Shown: positions 1 to 12,893, counted from the stretch's first letter. The stretch is DNA of 64,000 nucleotides from Heterodontus francisci (GCF_036365525.1 NC_090377.1:77547198-77611197); one strand, 5' to 3'. Notes: generated from the sequence alone by a model not told the origin. Translations and numbers: made by a program.

Positions 1-258
1 GAAACATTTTTCAAGCGTTCGAATGCAGTTCTCACACGCTTGCTGCGTTCATGTGCTGAAATAAATCGACTGCAAATATATATAAAAGAGAAAAAACGAA
101 TAAGGCCTAGAATTAAAATTTAAATTATAATCTACACAATGTCATTAAAGGTGCCTTTCCAATGAATAAACCGTTCTCATGAACTCGGCTTTTTTTAAAT
201 ACATGCTCCACTACTTTATATTAGGTACGTACCGGCAACGTTGTATAAATACTAGTAG

Positions 259-282
259 ATATATATATATATATATATATAT
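259..282. repeat. (AT)n microsatellite
   Basis: About 12 AT units, read directly. Confidence 0.9.
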
Positions 283-2337
283 TTGCTCGTCGCTGATCAT
301 TGCGGGGTTATTCAATAAACTCGACGAGGGTTAATTTATTCTTTTCGGATTTCTGGCGTTACTTCCTTCGATTAGAAACGGCTTTGTAATCGTTTCAGAT
401 AGCAAAGCAAAAAAAGTAAAACAAAGCTAAACAATACATTTAAATTAACAACGAGTTATACATATATGTTTTTCAGTCGTATAGGTCAGATTTAAAAAAT
501 AATAAATTGATTTGAATGTTTTTTTTACAAGAAAGGGCACCGGCGAGATCCTCTTAATTTATCCTTTCATATACATTTACTTAAATGAAGCAAACATTTC
601 GGCAAAATAGATTTTTGCCGAAAAGTAAATGCACATATGTAAATATGTGCATATCAACATTAATATGCAGCCTATTAATTGCATTACTAACTAATGCAAA
701 TGTTCATCATTATGAAAAGTGCGGTTTGCCGGAGATTTTAATTGAATGCGGTTAGTGTCTCTTGTTCTATATTGCAGTTAAAACTGGGCAAACGGCAGCT
801 TTTAGTTCATTTTCAATGTAGAAATTCATGAACATTGTATTATAATTATACAATGATAACGCGTTTTAAATTGCGCGTTTTCAGCTGACTGTTTTTGTTT
901 ATGCATATAAATGAAACGTTACTGAAAAGGAATATCGTTACAGCACATTTTAGACTCATTTGGAATGAACATATTCTGAATATATTGAAGTATAAGTAGA
1001 ATTCTTCTGGTTAGCAGCCAGTGAAGACATTTCTGATTTTATTTCCCTGAAGCATTCTGTCAAGTTGAGACGACCACCGGAGCGTGAGGAACAAAGTTCA
1101 CTGGTGAATACAAGTTTAACAGATCAAGGACTCTTTGCGTTTAAACTTTAAACGCAGTCGCTTGAAGGAAAAAATTGCGAGTCACTTTATTCATAAGCGA
1201 TTCAGCTATCATCAACTAAGGCTAACCAGCTCGGGAACTGTACGCCTCTCATCTCAGGCTTGCTGTTTCTCCCGATGCTGTAGTTCTTGATGAAATTTCA
1301 ACCTCAAGCGACAAACTTTGAGTTTGCCTGAGGATCCTAGCTGCTTTTCTCGGCAATGACGTCTGCCAGGGGTGAAATGATGGAAATTGTATTCACAGGC
1401 ATGATTTTCATTAGGTAGCAATTAACCTCGAAGTTTCAGTCAAGCGGGCCTATTTTTTATCTGAGGCAAGGGTAGCTATTTCTCCCCGTCTTTGTAGAAG
1501 GGATATTTCATATAGTATATTAATGTTGTTTGATACAATTATTTTTTAGCAAGGATCAATTTCTGTTCATCTACTGCCACTTAAACCCAATAACAGCAAT
1601 AACTATTGTTGATTGATAACAGTTTATATGTAAATTGCAGAAGCATCTATGCGCCAACTATACTTCTGTAGGTAAATATAAATAAATATATAGGAATATA
1701 AGCTAGGTAGACAGACCGACAGACACACGCAGGTCCTACAAGATTTATAGAAACAGCCAGTACAAAATAATCCCTGATCTTAATTCTAACTTTAGCCTTT
1801 TAGCCCTCTGGCTTCTCCCCCATTTTTGACTATGTCTTGACCTTGAGCCCAGTCTCACCTTGCTGTGTTCTAAAATCTAATTGCTGTGCTGTAACCGGGC
1901 CAGCTTCATTTCTCTTCAGTTGAGTGGCGCACGTATTTCATGTTTTCTGTGATGCGGCCCGCCTAATTGTAATGAGAGTGTGCTGAATATATTAATCCGC
2001 ATGTTTTTTTTCCGATCTGTATGCCCTCTACATTTTAAAAAAAATATCATTTCCCAGTACAGACGTGTTGCCCGCGAAAGCGGTAACTGTAAACGGCAGT
2101 CAAAGATCTTCTCAACTGGTTTAGAACTGATCTGCGGTTTCAAAGTGAAGCAGCCAAAGCAGTGAGGCAGTTGTGTACCTACAGTATTAGCGAGTATGTT
2201 CCACGGGGCATCAGTGCACACTGGACCTGCATTGCCATCATGAGCACTGTATAGACCGGGGAACCCAATAACATCACTCCAGTGTTGTTTAACATTTATT
2301 TTGTTGATATTCATTGGCCATTTTAGAGTCTGCACAG

Positions 2338-2764
2338 ATGAGTTCATATTTTGTAAATCCATTCTACTCCAAGTACAAGCCAGGAGAAGCCCTAAGTCCC
2401 ACTTACTACGACTGCCGGTTTCCACAAGACGTGACCAGCAGACACGCTGTCGTCTATGGTCCCAGCAGCGGCGCAAGCTTCCAGCACCCAGCTCAAGTTC
2501 AAGATTTTTACCATCATGGGACATCAGCACTTCCTAATACTGGCTTTCAACAGAATCCTTGTGGAATTACGTGTCATGGTGACCCCTCTAAATTTTACGG
2601 ATACGATAACTTACAAAGACAGCAAATTTTTACGACACAGCAAGAGGCCGATCTGGTACAATATCCTGACTGTAAATCGTCTAGCAGTAATATTGGCGAA
2701 GAACCAGAGCACTTAAATCAGAACTCGTCTCCTACTCAAATGTTTCCCTGGATGAGACCTCAAG
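2338..2764 (+). CDS. hoxd8: Homeobox protein HoxD8, coding exon 1
   Basis: Starts [14 protein letters not shown] and ends with the paralog group 8 (PG8) hexapeptide region MFPWMRPQ. Donor CAAG|GTTGGA, phase 1. Assigned to cluster D from gene content. Confidence 0.93.
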
Positions 2765-2987
2765 GTTGGATATATTAAAATTAGCTTCCATCTCACGTTT
2801 TACTGCTCAGTATTATCGCCAAGGTGTTTAACGCTGTCTGTAAAAGTCTGTTTTTATAGGGACACTTTCTTTGAATGGCATTACCGATCAAAGCAAGGAT
2901 TGTTGCTTTTATTCCTAGTCTGTAGTTATTTGATTGTATGAATTTTATCCGATTTTTATTGTCTCTTCTGATTCTCATGTTCTTTAG

Positions 2988-3283
2988 CAGCTCCCGGTAG
3001 ACGCAGAGGAAGACAAACTTACAGCCGATTCCAAACTCTGGAGCTGGAAAAGGAATTCCTTTTCAATCCGTATCTGACTCGAAAGCGAAGGATCGAGGTT
3101 TCACATGCTCTGGGACTCACTGAGAGACAGGTGAAGATTTGGTTTCAAAATAGGAGAATGAAATGGAAAAAAGAAAACAACAAGGACAAATTTCCAACCT
3201 CTCGGAACGACGACGAGGACGAAGAGGTCAAGAAAGAACAGGAAGAGCCTGAGCAGGAGACAACAGAAAAAGAGACCAAGTAA
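2988..3283 (+). CDS. hoxd8: HoxD8 coding exon 2 (homeobox); full protein about 240 aa
   Basis: Acceptor tctttag|cag. Reads [70 protein letters not shown], then an acidic tail and TAA at 3281-3283. Exons total 723 nt. Confidence 0.95.
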
Positions 3284-3660
3284 CTTTACCCCCTTTGGCC
3301 TCAAAGCAAAACGTCATCCAGTTTGTGCTAATTCCACTGTTAAACGTGTTGACCAGAATAAATCCTCCAGCACATTGATGGCTAGTTTTGTGTAAACAGT
3401 CCACCTGTTTTTGAAGTTCTTTAGAGCCTTAATTCGACATTATTTCTGATGAATTTTGTGTGCATCATTTTAACCTTTGCAATCACCCCCGAAAGATCAG
3501 CCGTCGTATAGAATTTTGCAGCTCCCTTTAAAAGTGGGAAAATCGCAGAAGAAATAGCCATTTTGAATAAAGATTTCATTGCTTTTCAATAGGACGATAA
3601 TATGAAATGATATCGTGATTGATTTAGTTTGTTGATTTTATTTAGCATTTTGTGATTATA

Positions 3661-3681
3661 CCCAACAACATGAACTGCCTA
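3661..3681 (+). promoter_or_regulatory. miR-196 target site in the HoxD8 3'UTR
   Basis: CCCAACAACATGAACTGCCTA against the miR-196a reverse complement CCCAACAACATGAAACTACCTA: one G:U wobble and one bulge. Lies upstream of AATAAA at 3919. Confidence 0.9.
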
Positions 3682-4289
3682 ATAGAATGGATAATTTGGA
3701 ATGTATTGCGAACACACTTAATTAATGATAGAAAAAAAACGTGCACTTGCGATGTGTCTTAATTACTGTGCGTGTAAACTAATTGGTGGTGTATTGCGGC
3801 TGGAAACTCTCAACCATTACCTATCTCCGATACGCATATTATAAACACAAGCAAAAAAAAATTACAAGGTATTCCGCAGCAATAGTCACTTTTTATGATG
3901 GTCGAATGTGATTAAATTAATAAATGTTGATTAAATTTAACTGTGTACTTGTTTCATTTTATGACCAGTATCCAAAAGAAAATAAAAGTAATAAAAGAAA
4001 TTCATTATGCTTTTATTGAGATAATCAGCTGAGATCGCTGGATCACTATATTGCCAGCGTTCTGGAGCTGTTGCGAGATTTTTCCTTTACGGTTAAATCG
4101 GATATACTTTATTTTTGTTTGTCATTTCTGTGGCCACAAGGCGTACGCCTGCCATACAGCACCACAGCTCTGTACCTTGGATGCAAAAGCCTGAAGATGG
4201 CGTGATTCTTTATATGTAGTTATAAAAGTTAATGATATAGCTGATGATTAGAATATTAGTTTATCTATGCCCCAAGTTAAAGTCTTTCA

Positions 4290-5610
4290 AGTTGACCATT
4301 GGCTAATGAAATCACATGCCTGACTCATGTGTGGCTGAAAGGACGCTGTAAAAGTTAGTGTTTGGTGTTAAACTGCGCTCTACTGTACACGTATATCAGC
4401 AAATCTCGTAAAACCGACAATAAAAGTTCTAATACTACAAATCACTCGACAAACTGTGGACTTCTGGATTCCAGTTTATTCTTTTCTGATTTAAAGGCTG
4501 GCGGCGAAAACAGAATCTTCAGTTGTCGAGTAACCTTCCATCTTTCCATTAAACTTTGCTAAAGCAGCGATCAAGCCATATCTAAACTTTAGCCGGATCA
4601 ATGGGCATGTTGCATATAAATGTTAACCATAGGAATTGGCAATTTTTATTTCCACCTTTTCTTTGCGCACATAGCATAATGACATGCTAAGCCTGAATCA
4701 AGAAAAATATTGATAAGAACAAACAGGAAACAATTAGAAGGAGAAAAAAAAGCAAACATTGTACTTCAAATGTTAAGCAAACAATCAAAAGCCCTCGTTT
4801 ATTTGCAGAACTAAAGATAACAGTATACATTTTAACAGCGGACTCCAGAATCCACTTTGATAACAGAGCGATGATATTAAGATTTCTGATTTACGGAACA
4901 GCTTCAGACTTGTAATCGAATGTAATTATATGTCACATAACTAAGTGCCATTTTCCCATAATATCCTCACTCCGTCAGGTAGAGCTTGCCAGATGAAACA
5001 CCAATTAACTAATTCAGACGGACAACAGCGCCGTTTGGAAATTCTAGTTTTGTTGATAGAGGTTTGCGTTGTCTATTTTATGTATCCTAATCTCAACGAC
5101 ACCAATTTTTATTTTAATGCAAATATCTTTAGTGAACGATATGAATACCATAATAGGTGCCCGATTATAACACATCAATAATTTTACAGGACATATCAAC
5201 TATAAATAAACTAATATCAGAGTATTATTTTTGAAATTGCATTCTCGCGCCGGAGAGGTGTCCTTTTACTCAAACTCTCTTGTTTTTTAACAAGTTCTTT
5301 TTATTCTCTCAATATATGTGAGCTGAGCTCCTTTTTGAAAAACATCATTATTTTAAAATTTCATCAAATCTGTTATTAAAACGGTATAAACCAAAGAATG
5401 AAATAAAAAATATTTTTGCATCTGCTGCCATTTTCAAATTGGACGATCAAATACGGGTCTTCACTGTAATAGCGGTAACCACGGGACTGTACAATTACGG
5501 TGGAAGTAGGCCTTATCAACGGTCGTATTAGATGATAGGAATCGCAAGTACCTGCATGCTTTCACTGAACGAATGGTGCGTACAATGGCTTTTGGGTAGA
5601 ATTAGTACTT
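4290..5610 (+). pseudogene. Decayed HoxD7 relic (promoter/5'UTR plus homeobox remnant)
   Basis: CATTGG...ATCACATG promoter motif, then CTCGTAAAACCGACA...ACAAATCAC...CAAACTGTG resembling the Hox7 leader with ATG>GTG at 4456. Degraded homeobox-like sequence at about 5440-5610. Syntenic position fits Hox7. Confidence 0.55.
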
Positions 5611-7007
5611 TGGCGTGGGAGTTAAGCTTAATAATTGCATGGATTTCAAAAGACGATGGAGATCAAAAATTGCCAAACGTATTAAAAATGGTCCTTGTGA
5701 ATCGTTGTGAAAGGTTCCTATTGGTTCTTCAAGCCCGTTCATTTGGGGTTTCTAATCAAACCTCTGCAGAAATTCCTCCATCACTCATTTTCTAAATCCA
5801 TCTCACCCCAGCAATATCTTTTTTGGAACCAGAGTAGGATAACTTGCAAGGTTGAACGTTTTATTCATATTGCAATTTATATTGATCTAACGCTTCTAGT
5901 AGTTTTGTCGTTATCATAAATTAAGAATGAGAAATCGGCGCGTAGGTACTTAACGCTGTTCTGAACTTTCCCCGTTAAGATCACTGCAAAGCATTAGACC
6001 AAAGACAACCAGGCGATAGTCCTTCTCTGGAGTTAAACCCGCGGGAAACATGCGGTTGGGTAGAAATATGGATATCAAACATCCACCAGCCATCATCTTT
6101 TATCCCTGCTAAATGAGGTTCCCGTGAATTTAACATATGTGGCATTAGTTGCCGAGCACGCTCACTGGCAGTGAAGGGAAAAATACCGAATGAACTGATT
6201 CAAACCATTTGCACTTTCATTCACGCTGAATATGTTTACGCAGCGCCGAAATAATGTTATCTGGTTAACCAAATTCTGACCGACCACTGGGATGTGGTTT
6301 TCACTTTATAGAGAGGAATTTTTTCCCTACACTGGAAACACGAGGAATAGAATGAAATGCTCCAAATGCTTAGAAATTGAAGTACAATGTATAATTAGAT
6401 AGCTACATTTGTTGATATTTCATTTCCAGTTTCTCACCTGTATAGAGTGCACCATAGAACATTTATAATAAGTTAATACATTACTTTTCTTATTGATTAT
6501 CATTTGAAGGAAGGAAGCCGCCCCAGCTTTGATATATATTTAGTACGCTAACATGCATTTGGTTTGTTTGTTTCTTACTCCTAACTCGGCCATATCGAAT
6601 GAGCTGAGAAAATCAGGGCAAAACGAAACGAAGAAGCTGTCGGATGCACAACTGGTACATTAGATATTGTGATCGTTAACGTTTAATTATTTGTAGAACT
6701 AGCTTTTTCGAAAATCCTTATGTCTATGCTTGACGTATTTAAAACATGAACTAAAAAGTATAGACTATCAAACAAATTGTAGGGCTTTGATTGCTGTTCT
6801 GTGGAGTGCCCACTGCATTGGGAAATATTTTCCTTTATGTTTATGTTGTCGCTGCACTTCCGCTTATATATTTAGTTAAGGCGTTCGTTACAATACACAT
6901 TATAACAAATAGCTGCAGCAAAGATCTCGTTAAAGGAAACATGGCGCTTGCGAGCTGTACTTTCGAAATCCGCAAGGAATTGCTGCGAATTCCTTTTTGT
7001 TTGAAGA

Positions 7008-7117
7008 AAATTTACAACTTTGTAATGGACCTTTTACGACGGAGACTGCGTTCCTATTGGCTGACTTTGGTCATGTGAATCTAGTAACTACGTTCATGGC
7101 CTTTTCATGATTTCCCC
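7008..7117 (+). promoter_or_regulatory. Orphan Hox-type promoter / conserved element between Hox8/7 and Hox6 (four-cluster-sequence-like)
   Basis: AAATTTACAAC...TTTTACGAC...ATTGG (CCAAT box)...GGTCATGTG (E-box-like)...TGATTTCCC. Same architecture as the Hox4, Hox2 and Hox1 promoters in this window, but no adjacent Hox gene. Confidence 0.7.
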
Positions 7118-7418
7118 TGTGAATATTTCACTGCATTCCGCTGCTAACTCGTCTCAAATCGTCTTTTCTGTCCGTATCTCCCCTTGCCTGCTTTTGTCGT
7201 CGGTCTTTGACTCCAGCTGCTTGCAAAAAAGGACACTTTCCGCTGTATTCGCAGTGTTCAGTCCTTTTCTGTACAACTATGAGGAAGTCATTCGGCTCAT
7301 GCTGGGATTTAGCAACCTGATCACTCTCACAGACCTCTGACGTCTGTTTACAATCTTTCATTTACCCTTCAATTCGCTTTACCATTTTAAAGTTCTTTCA
7401 TTGATTGAAAAAGTACAA

Positions 7419-7470
7419 ATGGAGTACAACATCAACCTGGTTACTATTCTGGGGCAGCGACCTGAAACTG
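7419..7470 (+). other. Candidate first exon with small ORF start (MEYNINLVTILGQRPET, phase-1 donor)
   Basis: ATG in strong context (caaATGg, though -3 is C) downstream of the orphan promoter. Consensus donor CTG|GTAAGT at 7470/7471. Confidence 0.45.
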
Positions 7471-10400
7471 GTAAGTGCTGTGCTTTTCTATGCTCTGCTG
7501 TTGCAGATAGCGCTGCTGTACACAGGAGGGGACGACGTTTGTTTCGTTGGTTGAGTTCTAGGCAACTGTTTGGGAGGTCGAGGAGTGTTCGACATAAATG
7601 AACAAACAACAAGACTGATTTTAAAACGGGACATTGTAACCAGGTCCAGGTGGTCGATTGAATTCAAATGGTGGCTGTGGTGCAGCTTAATTAAATATTT
7701 ATTTTCCGCAATAAGACGGAGAGTTGCGGTTCGTGCTGTCTTTGATATGAAAGCGTCGTCACAAGGCAACTGACATTTGTGCATATGATCCGGAGCGGAG
7801 ATTAATCAGATTGCGCAGGTTACTCATGAGATAATTATTTTTTGTTAATATTAATAGTACGATTATTGTTGTTGTTATTTTGAGGGAGCGATGTCGGATG
7901 AACTGCTGATGATTGCCGGATTTATTCTGTTTTTGCAGATATGTGGCTTTCCGCACTATTTGGTATCTTGCAGTCGAGGACATTAGTTGGACTCTTGCGC
8001 GAAGGATTGGTTGTAGTGATGAATAATATACTTTGTATTATTGATCCCAGTAATTCCGTGCAGTATTCATAAAAACACTATCAGAATTTTGGGGAAATGT
8101 TTCGCCAACATTTTAATGATGTCCAACCACGTGACAGTACTTTATACACATGAGTGGTACTCATAATAATTTTCCTGCAGTCGATATCAGACTGTGGTTT
8201 CAATGCGTTAGTATTGAGTAAAGGATTCCCTAAATGTTTCAAATTGCGCTTTTGGCAAAGTTTCAAATAATATCAGTTCGTCTATCTGATGATTGATTTA
8301 CTGCAACAAGTTGTACCCAATTTGGATTGTACATTTTATAAAAACGGTAAGATCTGCATCCTGGGAACTTTTTAATTTGGTGCAAACAGATCCAACCCCA
8401 TGTAAGTGCTTTCACAATGCATAACGTAACGGTCACTAGAAAAACATTGGGTTCTTTTATTTCCCCCTTTCTTATGTTCAACATTTACCATTTAATTGTA
8501 AAACCTTGCTGCGGAAATATGCACAGAACAAGGGCGTGAGAGTTACTGTTAGCAGGCGATGAATTTATTAATAAATTGTTATATTTTTACAAGGCATTTG
8601 TTTGTATTTCCAGTGATTGAATATTTGGTGAGGTTGTTTGCGATTATTTCTCACTTAATAAGGACGTTTCTAATTGCGTCCATTTGAAATTATTGTCATA
8701 TTTGTCTTTTGTAATTTGGTTCGGTTTTCGGTCTCTGGATTATTTACTGGAAACAGATAAAATGACAATACATTAGTTTGATCATCCGTGTGGCGTATAA
8801 TTATGGTGATGTTGATTCGCGTTTAGCATCTGACATCTATTTGCAAATGAAAAATAATTTAAAAACCATTCATCTACATGTGCCTGTATCTATCGCACAG
8901 ACTAGCAGATACATTGTCAGAATGAAACTCAGGCTGCCTCAATAAGGTCAAAAAGTATCCCTAGAAGCAAATAAATATTTAATGATATCTTAACATTTGC
9001 ACTTGTCATATTATTCTTTTATCACATCGTAAATATTTCCATACTAATTGTTTATTTTTAGACCAGGCCTACGAACAGAAATATATCCATACTCGAAATA
9101 TATTAGATTGGGAGAAGTGGTGTTATTTTTCCCTATTAAGAAAGCAGTTTCATTTTTACCTCAATTTTCATATAGCAATTTATATTAATTGTGTAACATA
9201 ATATGTTTTCATATAGTTCTCAATGCATCGTCTAGGTTCATTCCTATATGTTTATTGCATGTATACAGACATTATTAATTAAGCTTTTTTCGTCTCAGTT
9301 AAATAATTAAACGAGATAAATATGTGTTTCGGTATATTTTTCGATAAAATAAAGCTAGTTGACTGGAGTTACGCGATAGCTACACTCTGCGCTTTTTAGA
9401 ATACAAGGAAAGGCTGGTTTGTGATTTCCCAGATTCTTCTTGACGAGGCATAATTTAGTATAAATACATTAAAAAGGAAAACTGAACGGAAAAAAATCAT
9501 TACAAATATAATAATCAGAAAACGCACATTTGCTAATCTTAATGCTAGTTACAATTCTTAAGATCGAATTAATTTATGCTCTCCAAAGACACGTAGTCCA
9601 TAATTTTCTAAAGGTGCTAAAATACTTAACAGGGATGCCACTTTGTGTGTGTGTTTGTGCATGTATTGATTTACAGTCTGTATCCAGCGGTCTGTTTGGA
9701 AGCTTCACCCTGGAGGATTTGTTCACAGTACATCTTCTACACTGACAATACTTAAATATAATTTCCAAACAATTTCAATCCAACAATAACAAAATATTAG
9801 AATTAATTATTTATTGGAAAGGGTTAACATCTGTAACAACAGGCAACTGATCACCGGCAACGTTTAGCACTTTTAAACTTAATTACACTGCTTTTCTAAT
9901 CCTTTTGACATAAACTTGTAAATGCAAACAAATCTAAATATAAACACTCCCCTACAGATTTCATCTAGAGTTTAACGGGAATAATCCGTTCCGATTCCAG
10001 AGACAGTTCGCTCCTCACAGGGTTGGCAAACAAACGAATTTCCAGATCGCGATTTCCTCCTGAATTTATTACAAGGGCGAACGCACTGTAAAGTGAAAAT
10101 CAACAAAAAATTGGTATGTGATGCAGGCAATAAGTTGTTCATTCCACAGCTTGAACATGATACACAATCGCGCCCAGTGTAAGGACAAAATATTTAAATG
10201 CCGGCCATTCTATTTCAAAGGTTTCAGGGGTACAAAGGCGCAGTAGCCTGGAAAAATACATTTTTGTTAATTTTCGCTATAGTCAGCACTAGAAGCCATA
10301 CTATTCAATCGAATGTTCAGTAAGTGCGGTCATTTGTTAGTGCAGGACAAAGACAATATTTCTTCCACCGACTGTCAGACGGCTGCCGCAACGTTAGATT

Positions 10401-12631
10401 TACGAGCGTTAGACAGAGTCAGTTGGACTATGTAGCAACCTATGTTCTTAGATCAGAATTACAAGAGGGGTACACAAATCAAAGTTCACAAAGGATAAAT
10501 AAAACCAAACCCTATATTATGGCATTTTATCTAAAACGTACTTGTTAAAATATTACATTTTCTAGTACTTAAACTTAACGCATTGCAAGCTGTAAGTTGC
10601 AATATATGATGCATCGGGAATCAGAACACTTTGAACCGAGGCCTATGCGGTTGTACACTGTAAACTGTATCGCTGAAACCATCCCAATAACGCTGGATCA
10701 ATGCAGTTTTATTGCAGTTGGAACTAACGTGCTGATAATATTGGACAGTGGGGCCTGACTGAACAGCTCCTAACTACATACTATTTTCTTTGGAATATGC
10801 CCAGACTTGAATATTTTGTAATACTTTAGTCCTCCTGTTCTTAAAAACTTCGGTGATAAGTATTCGGCAAAGAAACACAAATAACTCTATTGTCCGCGCT
10901 CCAAGACGTTACGGCAAGCAGTGTACATGTATTTCTGCCAGAGCATAGAAATTTAATACTGTTGCATTAAAAAAACAAGTGAGTGTGGGTTGGGGCGGCC
11001 AAATAATATGGAGAATCCTATTTTATTGCTTATTAATACACTTACACAAGTGGTTATAGGAACACCCTTTTATTTCAGTATAAAAACAATCAGTGTAACA
11101 TATAAATATATCCACCTGTGTTAAATATTACTGCGTTTCTGGGCGGACCTTTGTAACGTTCTTCAGGCCCGCATTAACACGGTCGATATTTGTCATCATT
11201 ACCCCTTATTAACTAATTCCGGATCACAATCTAAGATTTATAAACTGCCTATTAATCAAACGGAAAAAAAACAAATCTTGATTTCAAGTATTACAGTTTT
11301 TGCTCTCGCAGTTTTCTTGCATTTCTGGCCAGCTCGAACTGGTTCCATTAGTTTAAAGTAGACACTATCACTGCCCAGAAAGACAACGGACCAAAAGTGC
11401 AGTCCCTGGAATCTGCACCATTCGTTTTCGAAATGAATGTACATTTGTCGAAGGCTATTTTTATATAATAATGTTTTTAATGAACTCAGCATATACAATG
11501 GAGTGTACATCACACCTCAGAGGCTTAAGCAAATACCACGACCCGCCATAGCGTAAAATGTAGATTCTTCAAGGGAAAACTGCAATAAAGTTCACGGTGA
11601 ATTGCACAGTGAAAATACAAATAAATGTATAACACACTTCCACTTACCTTCTCGGTATGTTGTTCTATAGAGACTGGTGTCAGCGTCGACTTAACCAGTC
11701 ACAAAGTAACATACAGCATTAATCCGTTTTTTTAAAAGTCCCTAATGACAACAGAGAACACATATTGATGTACATTCCTGAGTTTAGTGGACAAGGCGTA
11801 GAAAAAGATGGACCACGTATTTTCACATAAAAAACTAATGAGAAACTTTGTAAAGCCGATTTTAATACATTATCTGTAATGATACAGAACTAATGCATAA
11901 ATAATCTCAGCGCAGTGTTGTCGGAAAACAATACATTCCAACCATTATAAGATCCAGCGACCCGGGCGGTTTGTGCAAGTGTGGGGAGGCTGCCTGCGAA
12001 TCGTACATTTGATTAAGTTGTTTTCCTAGCAAAATAATTTCCACGGCGTCGTTTCCCACAAGAAAGAGAATCTAAATATCTCAAACCGTTTGAGTAATAA
12101 TGAGAATCCGATTTGTGCAGTAGGAATAATTGCTGCGAATATGTATGATTTATTTCCATCACGCAGTTCGCGAATTAAATTATTTATTTACAGTCAGCAT
12201 CAAACTAAGGGGTCAAGTACACAATTAATAGGAAAGAAAGGTGTTCGAAAAAAAGAGGGGGTTAATTGCGCTACAAAATATGTCGCACTATTGCGCTGGT
12301 ATTTTTCATATTAAAGGCATCGTATAAACTTTTGAGGTCCTTAAGTCAGCATACGCCAGTTTTGTTAGTTACTTTACACCTGTACTATACACAAGCGTAT
12401 ATTGTAATAAAATTACTAAACAGGGTTTTTGTATTTACAGAAACATTTTGCGTATACGCTCCAATACATGTCGACAGATACATAATTCATATTTTCTGTT
12501 AACAGAAAGCAGCTTTCTTAACTAACATTTATCTTATAACCATTTTTAAAAAACTGAACCAATTTCGAAAAAGAATGTACGTCAAAGCCTCTTTCGATTT
12601 TGCTTTGTTAAGAGTTTGGCGTTCTCCATGC

Positions 12632-12650
12632 TTGCCAGCAGGAGGCGCTA
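12632..12650 (+). promoter_or_regulatory. CTCF motif upstream of HoxD5
   Basis: TTGCCAGCAGGAGGCGCTA closely matches the CTCF core CCASYAGRKGGCRS, at the position of the Hox5|6 boundary site known from other Hox clusters. Confidence 0.7.
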
Positions 12651-12715
12651 TAGGACAAGGCTCGCTAAATCACAGCACGTATTCTCACTGCATGAATTAC
12701 CCCCAGGGTCAGGCA

Positions 12716-12790
12716 CAAGAATTTACGACTGGTCAACAAAAGCACGTGATCTAAAGTTGTGTCCCATATTTGGTTGCATACGTAGAAGGC
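12716..12790 (+). promoter_or_regulatory. Hox5 proximal promoter element
   Basis: TTTACGAC, E-box CACGTG (12743-12748) and CArG-like CCATATTTGG (12764-12773), about 100-180 bp upstream of the ATG. Confidence 0.7.
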
Positions 12791-12893
12791 AGAGAAATGA
12801 CATGTGCCTTTTATTTCCATATTTCATTATATATCGCGCGGTCTAGTGGCGAATAAACGTCTAAGAACCACAAATCAAACCCCTAAAAGGCAG

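Noticed and set aside
1916-2530. 204-aa minus-strand ORF and other ORFs overlapping Hox exons (e.g. 22861-23190, 43226-43531, 56078-56296)
   Set aside because: Antisense or alternative-frame shadows of Hox coding exons, with no recognisable domains.
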